Source: Mobula hypostoma
Lineage: Eukaryota
Direction of reading: 5' to 3'
Assembly: GCF_963921235.1 (NCBI RefSeq)
Contig: NC_086107.1
Coordinates: 105,898,001 to 105,962,000 of the forward strand
Length of the DNA stretch: 64,000 bases
Shown here: piece after piece, positions 1 to 12,000 of the stretch
Layout: each line of letters opens with the position of its first letter
Numbering within the stretch: the first letter of the stretch is position 1
Notes under the pieces: generated by a model
Seen by the model: only the letters and a program-made list of their open reading frames with translations
What the model was told of the DNA's origin: nothing
Database searches by the model: none
Translations under genes and position numbers: made by a program

Positions 1-3000
1 TGACATGTTACTCCAGTGAGGGCAAGTGTGTGTCAGTCTGTGACCTGTTCCCCAATAGAGGGACAGTGTTTGTGTGTGACCTGTCCCCCAGTGAGGGTCA
101 GTGTGTGTGGGACCTGTTCCCCCAGTGAGGGTCACTGTGTGTGTGACCGGTTGCCCAGTGAGGGTCAGTGTGTGTGTGGGACCTGTCACCCCAGTAAGGG
201 TCAGTGCGTGAGTGTGACCTGTTCCCCCAGTGAGGGTCACTGTGTGTGTGACCTGTTCCCCCATTTAGGGTCAGTGTGTCTGTGACCTTTTCCCCCAGTG
301 AGTGTCAGTGTGTGCGTGTGACCTGTTCCCCCAGCGAGGGTCAGTGTGTGTGTGTGACCTGTTCCCCCAGTGAGGGTCAGTGTGTGTGTGAACTGTTCCC
401 CCCGTGAGCGTCAGTGTATGTGTATGACCTGTTCCCCCAGTGAGGGTCAGTGTGTGTGTGTGACCTGTTCCCCCAATGAGGGTCAGTGTGTGTGTGTGAC
501 CTGTTCTCCCAGTGAGGGTCAATGGGTGTGTGTGTGACCTGTTCCCCCAGTGAGTGTCACTGTGTGTGTGTGACCTGTTCCCCCAGAGAGGGTCAGTGTG
601 TGTGTGGGTCCTGTTCCCCAAGTGAGGGTCAGTGTGTGTATCACCTGATCCCCCAGTGAGGGTCAGTGTGTGTGTGACCTGTTCCCCCAGTGAGGGTCAG
701 TGTGTCTATGACCTGTTCCCCCAGTGAGGGTCAGTGTGTGTGTGACCTGATCCCCCAGTGAGGGTCAGTGTGTGTGTGGGACCTGTTCCCCCAGAGAGGG
801 TCATTGTGTGTGTGTGACCTGTTCCCCCAGTGAGGGTCAGTGTTAGTCAGACCTGTTACCCCAGTGAGGGTCAGTGTATCTGTGACCTGTTCCCCCAGTG
901 AGGGGCAGTGTGTGTGTGGGACCTGTTCCCCCAGTGAGGGTCAGTGTGCATGTGACCTGTTCCCCCAGTGAGGGTCAGTGTGTGTGTGTGACCTGTTCCC
1001 CCAGTGAGGGTCAGTGTGTGTGTCTGTGTGTGACCTGTTCCCCCAGTGAGGGTCAGTGTGTCTGTGTGACCTGTTCCCCCAGTGAGGGTCAGTGTGTGTG
1101 TATGACCTGTTCCCCCAGTGAGGTTCAGTCTGTGAGTGGGACTTATTCCCCCAGTGAGGGTCAGTGTGTGTGTGACCTGTTCCCCCAGTGAGGGACATTG
1201 TGTGTATGACCTGTTCCCCCAGTGAGGGTCAGTGTGTGTGTGTGACCTGTTCCCCCAGTGAGGGTCAGTGTGTGTGTGTGTGACCTGTTCCCCCAGTGAG
1301 GGTCAGTGTGTCTGTCTGACCTGTACCCCCAGTGAGGGTCAGTGTGTGGATGTGACTTGTTCCCCCAGTGAGGGTCACTGTGTGTGTGACCATTTCCCCC
1401 AGTGAGGGTCAGTGTGTGTGTGACCTCTTCCCCCAGTGACGGTCAGTGTTAGTCAGACCTGTTCCACCAATGAGGGTCAGAATGTGTGTGTGACCTGTTC
1501 CCGCAGTGAGGGTCAGTGTGTGTTTGTGACCGGTTGCTCAGTGAGGGTCAGTGTGTGGATGTGACTTGTTCCCCCAGTGAGGGTCAGTGTGTGTGTGACC
1601 TGTTCCCCCAGTGAGGGTCAGTGTGTGTGTGACCTGTTTCCCCAGTGAGGGTCATTCTGTGTGTGACCTGTTCCCCCAGTGAGAGTCAGTGTGTGTGTGT
1701 GACCTGTTCCCACAGTGAGAGTCAGTGTGCGTGTGACCAGTTCCCACAGTGAGGGTCAGTGTTTGTGTGTGACCTGGTCACCCAGTGAGGGTCAGTGTGT
1801 GTGTGTGTGTGTGACCTGTTCCCCCAGTGAGGGTCAGTGTGTGTGTGTGACCTGTTCCCTTAGTGAGGGTCAGTGTTCGTGTGACCTGTTCTACCAATGA
1901 CAGTCAGTGTGTGTGAGGGACCGTCCCCCAGTGAGGGTCAATGTACGTGTTTGACCTGTTCCCCCAGTGAGGGTCAGTGTGTGTGTTTGTGACCGGTTGC
2001 CCAGTGAGGGTCAGTGTGTGTGTGTGACCTGTTCCCCCAGTGAGGGTCAGTGTGTGTGTGTGTGTGACCTGTTCCCCCAGTGAGGGTCAGTGTGTGTGTC
2101 TGACCTGTTACCCCAGTGAAGGTCAGTGTGTGTGTGTGACCTGTTCCCCCAGTCAGGGTCAGTGTTCGTGTGACCTGTTCCCCCAGTGAGGGTGAGTGTG
2201 TGTGTGTGACCTGTTCCCAAAGTGAGGGTCAGTGTGTGTGTGACCTGATCCCCCAGTGAGGGTCAGTGTGTGTGTGACCTGTTCCCCAGTGAGGGTCATT
2301 CTGTGTGTGACCTGTTCCCCCAGTGAGGGTCAGTGTGTGTGTGTGACCTGTTCCCACAGTGAGGGTCAGTGTGCGTGTGACCTGTTCCCACAGTGAGGGT
2401 CAGTGTTTGTGTGTGACCTGGTCACCCAGTGAGGGTCAGTGTGTGTGTGTGTGACCTGTTCCCCCAGTGAGGGTCAGTGTGTGTGTTTGTGACCGGTTGC
2501 CCAGTGAGGGTCAGTGTGTGTGTTTGACCTGTTCCCCCAGTGAGGGTCAGTGTGTGTGTGTGTGTGACCTGTTCCCCCAGTGAGGGTCAGTGTGTGTGTC
2601 TGACCTGTACCCCCAGTGAGGGTCAGTGTGTGTGTGTGACCTGTTACCCCAGTGAGGGTCAGTGTGTGTGTGTGTGACCTGTTCCCCCAGTGAGGGTCAG
2701 TGTGTGTGTGTGACCTGTTCCCCCAGTGAGGGTCAGTGTGTGTGGGACCTGTTCCCCCAGTGAGGGTCACTGTGTGTGTGACCGGTTGCCCAGTGAGGGT
2801 CAGTGTGTGTGTGGGACCTGTCACCGCAGTGAGGGTCAGTGTGCGTGTGACCTGTTCCCCCAGTGAGGGTCAGTGTCAGTGTGTGACCTGTTCCCCCAGT
2901 AAGGGTCAGTGTGTGAGTGTGACCTGTTCCCCCAGTGAGGGTCACTGTGTGTGTGACCTGTTCCCCCATTTAGGGTCAGTGTGTCTGTGACCTTTTCCCC

Positions 3001-6000
3001 CAGTGAGTGTCAGTGTGTGCGTGTGACCTGTTCCCCCAGTGAGGGTCAGTGTGTGTGTGTGACCTGTTCCCCCAGTGAGGGTCAGTGTGTGTGTGTGTGT
3101 GACCTGTTCCCCCAGTGAGGGTCAGTGTATGTGTATGACCTGTTCCCCCAGTGAGGGTCAGTGTGTGTGTGTGACCTGTTCCCCCAATGAGGGTCAGTGT
3201 GTGTGTGTGACCTGTTCTCCCAGTGAGGGTCAATGGGTGTGTGTGTGACCTGTTCCCCCAGTGAGTGTCACTGTGTGTGTGTGACCTGTTCCCCCAGAGA
3301 GGGTCAGTGTGTGTGTGGGTCCTGTTCCCCAAGTGAGGGTCAGTGTGTGTATGACCTGATCCCCCAGTGAGGGTCAGTGTGTGTGTGTGTGTGACCTGTT
3401 CCCCCAGTGAGGGTCAGTGTGTGTCTATGACCTGTTCCCCCAGTGAGGGTCAGTGTGTGTGTGACCTGATCCCCCAGTGAGGGTCAGTGTGTGTGTGGGA
3501 CCTGTTCCCCCAGAGAGGGTCATTGTGTGTGTGTGACCTGTTCCTCCAGTGAGGGTCAGTGTTAGTCAGACCTGTTACCCCAGTGAGGGTCAGTGTGTGT
3601 GTGACCTGTTCCGCCAGTGAGGGGCAGTGTGTGTGTGGGACCTGTTCCCCCAGTGAGGGTCAGTGTGCATGTGACCTGTTCCCCCAGTGAGGGTCAGTGT
3701 GTGTGTGTGACCTGTTCCCCCAGTGAGGGTCAGTGTGTGTGTGACATGTTACTCCAGTGAGGGTCAGTGTGTGTGTGACATGTTCCCCCAGTGAGGGTCA
3801 GTGTGTGTGTGACATGTTACTCCAGTGAGGGTCAGTGTGTGTCAGTGTGTGACCTGTTCCCCAATAGAGGGACAGTGTTTGTGTGTGACCTGTTCCCCCA
3901 GTGAGGGTCAGTGTGTGTGTGTGTGTGTGTGACCTGTTCCCCAATAGAGGGACAGTGTTTGTGTGTGACCTGTCCCCCAGTGAGGGTCAGTGTGTGTGTG
4001 TGTGTGTGACCTGTTCCCCCAGTGAGGGTCAGTGTGTGTGTGTGTGTGACCTGTTCCCCCAGTGAGGGTCAGTGTGTGAGTGACATGTTACTCCAGTGAG
4101 GGTCAGTGTCTGAGTGACATGTTACTCCAGTGAGAGTCAGTGTGTGTGTGACATGTTACTCCAGTGAGGGTCAGTGTGTGTGTGACCTGCTCCCCCAGTG
4201 ACGGTCTGTGTGTGTGTGTGTGTGTGTGTGACGTGTTCCCCCAGTGAGGGTCAGTGTGTGAGTGACCTGTTCCCCCAGTGAGGGTCAGTGTGTCTGTGTG
4301 GGACCTGTTCCCCCAGTGAGGGTCAGTGTGTGTGTGTGTGTGTGACCTGTTCCCCCAGTGAGGGTCAGTGTGTGTGTGTGTGACCTGTTCCCCCAGTGAG
4401 GGTCAGTGTGTGTGTGACCTGTTCACCCAGTGAGGGTCAGTGTGTGTGTGACATGTTACTCCAGTGAGGGTCAGTGTGTGTGTGTGACCTGTTCCCCCAG
4501 TGAGGGTCAGTGTGTGTGTGTGACCTGTTCACCCAGTGAGGGTCAGTGTGTGAGTGACATGTTACTCCAGTGAGGGTCAGTGTGTGTCAGTCTGTGACCT
4601 GTTCCCCAATAGAGGGACAGTGTTTGTGTGTGACCTGTCCCCCAGTGAGGGTCAGTGTGTGTGGGACCTGTTCCCCCAGTGAGGGTCAGTGTGTGTGTGT
4701 GTGACCTGTTCCCCCAGTGAGGGTCAGGGTGTGTGTGTGACCTGTCACCCCAGTGAGGGTCAGTGCGTGAGTGTGACCTGTTCCCCCAGTGAGGGTCACT
4801 GTGTGTGTGACCTGTTCCCCCAGTGAGGGTCAGTGTGTCTGTGACCTTTTCCCCCAGTGAGTGTCAGTGTGTGCGTGTGACCTGTTCCCCCAGTGAGGGT
4901 CAGTGTGTGTGTGTGACCTGTTCCCCCAGTGAGGGTCAGTGTGTGTGTGAACTGTTCCCCCCGTGAGCGTCAGTGTATGTGTATGACTTGTTCCCCCAGT
5001 GAGGGTCAGTGTGTGTGTGTGACCTGTTCCCCCAGTGAGGGTCAGTGTGTGTGTGTGACCTGTTCTCCCAGTGAGGGTCAATGGGTGTGTGTGTGACCTG
5101 TTCCCCCAGTGAGTGTCACTGTGTGTGTGTGACCTGTTCCCCCAGTGAGGGTCAGTGTGTGTGTGTGTCTCCTGTTCCCACAGTGAGGGTCAGTGAGTGT
5201 GTGACCTGGTCCCCCAGTGAGGGTCAGTGTGTGTGTGTGTGACCTGTTCCCCCAGTGAGGGTCAGTGTGTGTGTGACCTGTTCCCCCAGTGAGGGTCAGT
5301 GTGTGTGTGACCTGATCCCCCAGTGAGGGTCAGTGTGTGTGTGGGACCTGTTCCCCCAGTGAGGGTCAGTGTGTGTGTGTGACCTGTTCCCCCAGTGAGG
5401 GTCAGTGTTAGTCAGACCTGTTACCCCAGTGAGGGTCAGTGTGTCTGTGACCTGTTCCCCCAGTGAGGGTCAGTGTGTGTGTGGGACCTGTTCCCCCAGT
5501 GAGGGTCAGTGTGCATGTGACCTGTTCCCCCAGTGAGGGTCAGTGTGTGTGTGTGACCTGTTCCCCCAGTGAGGGTCAGTGTGTGTGTGTGTGTGTGACC
5601 TGTTCCCCCAGTGAGGGTCAGTGTGTCTGTGTGACCTGTTCCCCCAGTGAGGGTCAGTGTGTGTGTATGACCTGTTCCCCCAGTGAGGGTCAGTCTGTGA
5701 GTGGGACCTATTCCCCCAGTGAGGGTCAGTGTGTGTGTGACCTGTTCCCCCAGTGAGGGTCATTGTGTGTGTGACCTGTTCCCCCAGTGAGGGTCAGTGT
5801 GTGTGTGTGTGACCTGTTCCCCCAGTGAGGGTCAGTGTGTGTGTGTGACCTGTTCCCCCAGTGAGGCTCAGTGTACATGTTAGACCTGTTCCCCCAGTGA
5901 GGGTCAGTGTGTGGATGTGACTTGTTCCCCCAGTGAGGGTCACTGTGTGTGTGACCATTTCCCCCAGTGAGGGTCAGTGTGTGTGTGACCTCTTCCCCCA

Positions 6001-9000
6001 GTGACGGTCAGTGTTAGTCAGACCTGTTCCACCAATGAGGGTCAGAATGTGTGTGTGACCTGTTCCCGCAGTGAGGGTCAGTGTGTGTTTGTGACCGGTT
6101 GCTCAGTGAGGGTCAGTGTGTGGATGTGACTTGTTCCCCCAGTGAGGGTCAGTGTGTGTGTGACCTGTTCCCCCAGTGAGGGTCAGTGTGTGTGTGACCT
6201 GTTTCCCCAGTGAGGGTCATTCTGTGTGTGACCTGTTCCCCCAGTGAGAGTCAGTGTGTGTGTGTGACCTGTTCCCACAGTGAGAGTCAGTGTGCGTGTG
6301 ACCAGTTCCCACAGTGAGGGTCAGTGTTTGTGTGTGACCTGGTCACCCAGTGAGGGTCAGTGTGTGTGTGTGTGTGACCTGTTCCCCCAGTGAGGGTCAA
6401 TGTGTGTGTGTGACCTGTTCCCTTAGTGAGGGTCAGTGTTCGTGTGACCTGTTCTACCAATGACAGTCAGTGTGTGTGAGGGACCGTCCCCCAGTGAGGG
6501 TCAATGTACGTGTTTGACCTGTTCCCCCAGTGAGGGTCAGTGTGTGTGTTTGTGACCGGTTGCCCAGTGAGGGTCAGTGTGTGTGTGTGACCTGTTCCCC
6601 CAGTGAGGGTCAGTGTGTGTGTGTGTGTGACCTGTTCCCCCAGTGAGGGTCAGTGTGTGTGTGTGACCTGTTACCCCAGTGAAGGTCAGTGTGTGTGTGT
6701 GACCTGTTCCCCCAGTCAGGGTCAGTGTGTGTGTGTGACCTGTTCCCCCAGTGAGGGTGAGTGTGTGTGTGTGACCTGTTCCCACAGTGAGGGTCAGTGT
6801 GTGTGTGACCTGATCCCCCAGTGAGGGTCAGTGTGTGTGTGACCTGTTCCCCAGTGAGGGTCATTCTGTGTGTGACCTGTTCCCCCAGTGAGGGTCAGTG
6901 TGTGTGTGTGACCTGTTCCCACAGTGAGGGTCAGTGTGCGTGTGACCTGTTCCCACAGTGAGGGTCAGTGTTTGTGTGTGACCTGGTCACCCAGTGAGGG
7001 TCAGTGTGTGTGTGTGTGTGACCTGTTCCCCCAGTGAGGGTCAGTGTGTGTGTTTGTGACCGGTTGCCCAGTGAGGGTCAGTGTGTGTGTTTGACCTGTT
7101 CCCCCAGTGAGGGTCAGTGTGTGTGTGTGTGTGACCTGTTCCCCCAGTGAGGGTCAGTGTGTGTGTCTGACCTGTACCCCCAGTGAGGGTCAGTGTGTGT
7201 GTGTGACCTGTTACCCCAGTGAGGGTCAGTGTGTGTGTGTGTGACCTGTTCCCCCAGTGAGGGTCAGTGTGTGTGTGTGACCTGTTCACCCAGTGAGGGT
7301 CAGTGTGTGAGTGACATGTTACTCCAGTGAGGGTCAGTGTGTGTGTGACATGTTACTCCAGTGAGGGCAAGTGTGTGTCAGACTGTGACCTGTTCCCCAA
7401 TAGAGGGACAGTGTTTGTGTGTGACCTGTCCCCCAGTGAGGGTCAGTGTGTGTGGGACCTGTTCCCCCAGTGAGGGTCACTGTGTGTGTGACCGGTTGCC
7501 CAGTGAGGGTCAGTGTGTGTGTGGGACCTGTCACCCCAGTGAGGGTCAGTGTGCGTGTGACCTGTTCCCCCAGTGAGGGTCAGTGTGAGTGTGTGACCTG
7601 TTCCCCCAGTAAGGGTCAGTGTGTGAGTGTGACCTGTTCCCCCAGTGAGGGTCAGTGTGTGTGTGACCTGTTCCCCCAGTGAGGGTCAGTGTGTGTGTGA
7701 CCTGTTCCCCCAATGAGGGTCTGTGTGTGCGTGTGACCTGTTCCCCCAGTGAGGGTCAGTGTGTGTGTGTGACCTGTTCCCCCAGTGAGGGTCAGTGTGT
7801 GTGTGAACTGTTCCCCCCGTGAGCGTCAGTGTATGTGTATGACTTGTTCCCCCAGTGAGGGTCAGTGTGTGTGTGTGACCTGTTCCCCCAGTGAGGGTCA
7901 GTGTGTGTGTGTGACCTGTTCCCACAGTGAGGGTCAGGGTGTGTGTGTGACCTGTTCCCCCAGTGAGTGTCACTGTGTGTGTGTGACCTGTTCCCCCAAA
8001 GAGGGTCAGTGTGTGTGTGGGTCCTGTTCCCCAAGTGAGGGTCAGTGTGTGTATGACCTGATCCCCCAGTGAGGGTCAGTGTGTGTGTGACCTGTTCCGC
8101 CAGTGAGGGTCAGTGTGTCTATGACCTGTTCCCCCAGTGAGGGTCAGTGTGTGTGTGACCTGATCCCCCAGTGAGGGTCAGTGTGTGTGTGGGACCTGTT
8201 CCCCCAGAGAGGGTCATTGTGTGTGTGTGACCTGTTCCTCCAGTGAGGGTCAGTGTGTAGTGTGAACTGTTACACCAGTGAGGGTCAGTGTGTGTGTGAC
8301 CTGTTCCCCCAGAGAGGGTCAGTGTGTGTGTGGGTCCTGTTCCCCCAGTGAGGGTCAGTGTGCATGTGACCTGTTCCCCCAGTGAGGGTCAGTGTGTGTG
8401 TGTGACCTGTTCCCCCAGTGAGGGTCAGTGTGTGTGTGTGTGTGACCTGTTCCCCCAGTGAGGGTCAGTGTGTGTGTGTGACCTGTTCCCCCAGTGAGGG
8501 TCAGTGTGTGTGTGTGACCTGTTCCCCCAGTGAGGGTCAGTGTGTGTGTGTGACCTGTACCCCCAGTGAGGGTCAGTGTGTGTGTGACCTGTTCCCCCAG
8601 TGAGGGTCATCGTGTGTGTGTGTGTGACCTGTTCCCCCAGTGAGGGTCAGTGTGTGTGGGTGACCTGTTCCCCCAGTGAGGGTCAGTGTGTGTGTGTGTG
8701 TGACCTGTTCCCCCAGTGAGGGTCAGTGTGTGTGTGTGACCTGTACCCCCAGTGAGGGTCAGTGTGTGGATGTGACCTGTTCCCCCAGTGAGGGTCACTG
8801 TGTGTGTGACCATTTCCCCCAGTGAGGGTCAGTGTGTGTGTGACCTCTTCCCCCAGTGACGGTCAGTGTTAGTCAGACCTGTTCCACCAATGAGGGTCAG
8901 AATGTGTGTGTGACCTGTTCCCGCAGTGAGGGTCAGTGTGTGTTTGTGACCGGTTGTTCAGTGAGGGTCAGTGTGTGGATGTGACTTGTTCCCCCAGTGA

Positions 9001-12000
9001 GGTTCAGTGTGTGTGTGACCTGTTCCCCCAGTGAGGGTCATTGTGTGTGTGGAACCTATTCCCCCAGTGAGGGTCATTCTGTGTGTGACCTGTTCCCCCA
9101 GTGAGGGTCAGTGTGTGTGTGTGACCTGTTCCCACAGTGAGGGTCAGTGTGCGTGTGACCTGTTCCCACAGTGAGGGTCCGTGTTTGTGTGTGACCTGGT
9201 CACCCAGTGAGGGTCAGTGTGTGTGTGTGTGTGACCTGTTCCCCCAGTGAGGGTCAGTGTGTGTGTGTGTGACCTGTTCCCCCAGTGAGGGTCAGTGTTA
9301 GTGTGACCTGTTCTACCAATGAGGGTCAGTGTGTGTGTGTGTGTGTGACCTGTTCCCCCAGTGAGGGTCAATGTACGTGTTTGACCTGTTCCCCCAGTGA
9401 GGGTCAGTGTGTGTGTTTGTGACCGGTTGCCCAGTGAGGGTCAGTGTGTGTGTTTGACCTGTTCCCCCAGTGAGGGTCAGTGTGTGTGTGTGTGTGACCT
9501 GTTCCCCCAGTGAGGGTCAGTGTGTGTGTCTGACCTGTACCCCCAGTGAGGGTCAGTGTGTGTGTGTGACCTGTTACCCCAGTGAAGGTCAGTGTGTGTG
9601 TGTGACCTGTTCCCCCAGTCAGGGTCAGTGTGTGTGTGTGACCTGTTCCCCCAGTGAGGGTGAGTGTGTGTGTGTGACCTGATCCCCCAGTGAGGGTCAG
9701 TGTGTGTGTGACCTGTTCCCCAGTGAGGGTCATTCTGTGTGTGACCTGTTCCCCCAGTGAGGGTCAGTGTGTGTGTGTGACCTGTTCCCACAGTGAGGGT
9801 CAGTGTGCGTGTGACCTGTTCCCACAGTGAGGGTCAGTGTTTGTGTGTGACCTGGTCACCCAGTGAGGGTCAGTGTGTGTGTGTGTGACCTGTTCCCCCA
9901 GTGAGGGTCAGTGTGTGTGTTTGTGACCGGTTGCCCAGTGAGGGTCAGTGTGTGTGTTTGACCTGTTCCCCCAGTGAGGGTCAGTGTGTGTGTCTGACCT
10001 GTACCCCCAGTGAGGGTCAGTGTGTGTGTGTGACCTGTTACCCCAGTGAGGGTCAGTGTGTGTGTGTGTGACCTGTTCCCCCAGTGAGGGTCAGTGTGTG
10101 TGTGTGTGACCTGTTCCCCCAGTGAGGGTCAGTGTGTGTGTGTGACCTGTTCCCCCAGTGAGGGTCAGTGTGTGTGTGTGACCTGTTCCCCCAGTGAGGG
10201 TCAGTGTGTGAGTGACATGTTACCCCAGTGAGGGTCAGTGTTTGTGTGTGACCTGGTCACCCAGTGAGGGTCAGTGTGTGTGTGTGTGTGACCTGTTCCC
10301 CCAGTGAGGGTCAGTGTTAGTGTGACCTGTTCTACCAATGAGGGTCAGAGTGTGTGAGGGTCCGTACCCCAGTGAGGGTCAGTGTACGTGTTTGCCTGTT
10401 CCCCCAGTGAGGGTCAGTGTGTGTGTTTGTGACCGGTTGCCCAGTGAGGGTCAGTGTGTGTGTTTGACCTGTTCCCCCGGTGAGGGTCAGTGTGTGTGTG
10501 TGTGTGTGACCTGTTCCCCCAGTGAGGGTCAGTGTGTGTGTGTGACCTGTCACCCCAGTGAGGGTCAGTGTGTGTGTGTGTGACCTGTTCCCCCAGTGAG
10601 GGTCAGTGTGTGTGTGTGACCTGTTCCCCCAGTGAGGCTCAGTGTACATGTTAGACCTGTTCCCCCAGTGAGGGTCAGTGTGTGTGTGTGACCTGTTCCC
10701 CCAGTGAGGGTCAGTGTGTGTGTGACCTGTTCCCCCAGTGAGGGTCAGTGTGTGTGTGACCTGTTCCCCCAGTGAGGGTCAGTGTGTGTGAGTGACCGTC
10801 CCCCAGTGAGGGTCAGTGTGTGTGTTTGACCTGTTCCCCCAGTGAGGGTCAGTGTGTGTGTGTGTGTGTGACCTGTTCCCCCAGTGAGGGTCAGTGTGTG
10901 TGTCTGACCTGTACCCCCAGTGAGGGTCAGTGTGTGTGTGTGACCTGTTACCCCAGTGAGGGTCAGTGTGTGTGTGTGACCTGTTCCCCCAGTGAGGGTC
11001 AGTGTGTGTGTGGAACCTATTCCCCCAGTGAGGGTCAGTGTGTGTGTGACCTGTTTCCCCAGTGAGGGTCATTCTGTGTGTGACCTGTTCCCCCAGTGAG
11101 GGTCAGTGTGTGTGTGTGACCTGTTCCCACAGTGAGGGTCAGTGTGCGTGTGACCTGTTCCCACAGTGAGGGTCAGTGTTTGTGTGTGACCTGGTCACCC
11201 AGTGAGGGTCAGTGTGTGTGTGTGTGACCTGTTCCCCCAGTGAGGGTCAGTGTGTGTGTTTGTGACCGGTTGCCCAGTGAGGGTCAGTGTGTGTGTTTGA
11301 CCTGTTCCCCCAGTGAGGGTCAGTGTGTGTGTGTGTGTGACCTGTTCCCCCAGTGAGGGTCAGTGTGTGTGTCTGACCTGTACCCCCAGTGAGGGTCAGT
11401 GTGTGTGTGTGACCTGTTACCCCAGTGAGGGTCAGTGTGTGTGTGTGTGACCTGTTCCCCCAGTGAGGGTCAGTGTGTGTGTGTGTGACCTGTTCCCCCA
11501 GTGAGGGTCAGTGTGTGTGTGTGACCTGTTCCCCCAGTGAGGGTCAGTGTGTGTGTGTGACCTGTTCCCCCAGTGAGGGTCAGTGTGTGTGTGACCTGTT
11601 CCCCCAGTGAGGGTCAGTGTGTGTGTGACCTGTTCCCCTAGTGAGGGTCAGTGTTTGTGTGTGACCTGTTCCCCCAGTGAGGGTCAGTGTTAGTGTGACC
11701 TGTTCCCCCAGTGAGGGTCAGTGTGTGTGTGACCTTTTCCCAGAGTGAGGGTCAGTGTGTGTGTGGGACCTATTCCCCCAGTGAGGGTCAGTGTGTGTGT
11801 GACCTGTTCCCCCAGTGAGGGTCAGTGTGTGTGTGTGACCTGTTCCCCCAGTGAGGGTCAGTGTGTGAGTGTGACCTGTTCCCCCAGTGAGGGTCAGTGT
11901 GTGTGTGACCTGTTCCCCCAGTGAGGGTCAGTGTGTGTGTGTGACCTGTTCCCCCAGTGAGGGTCAGTGTGTGTGTGTGACCTGTTCCCCCAGTGAGGGT

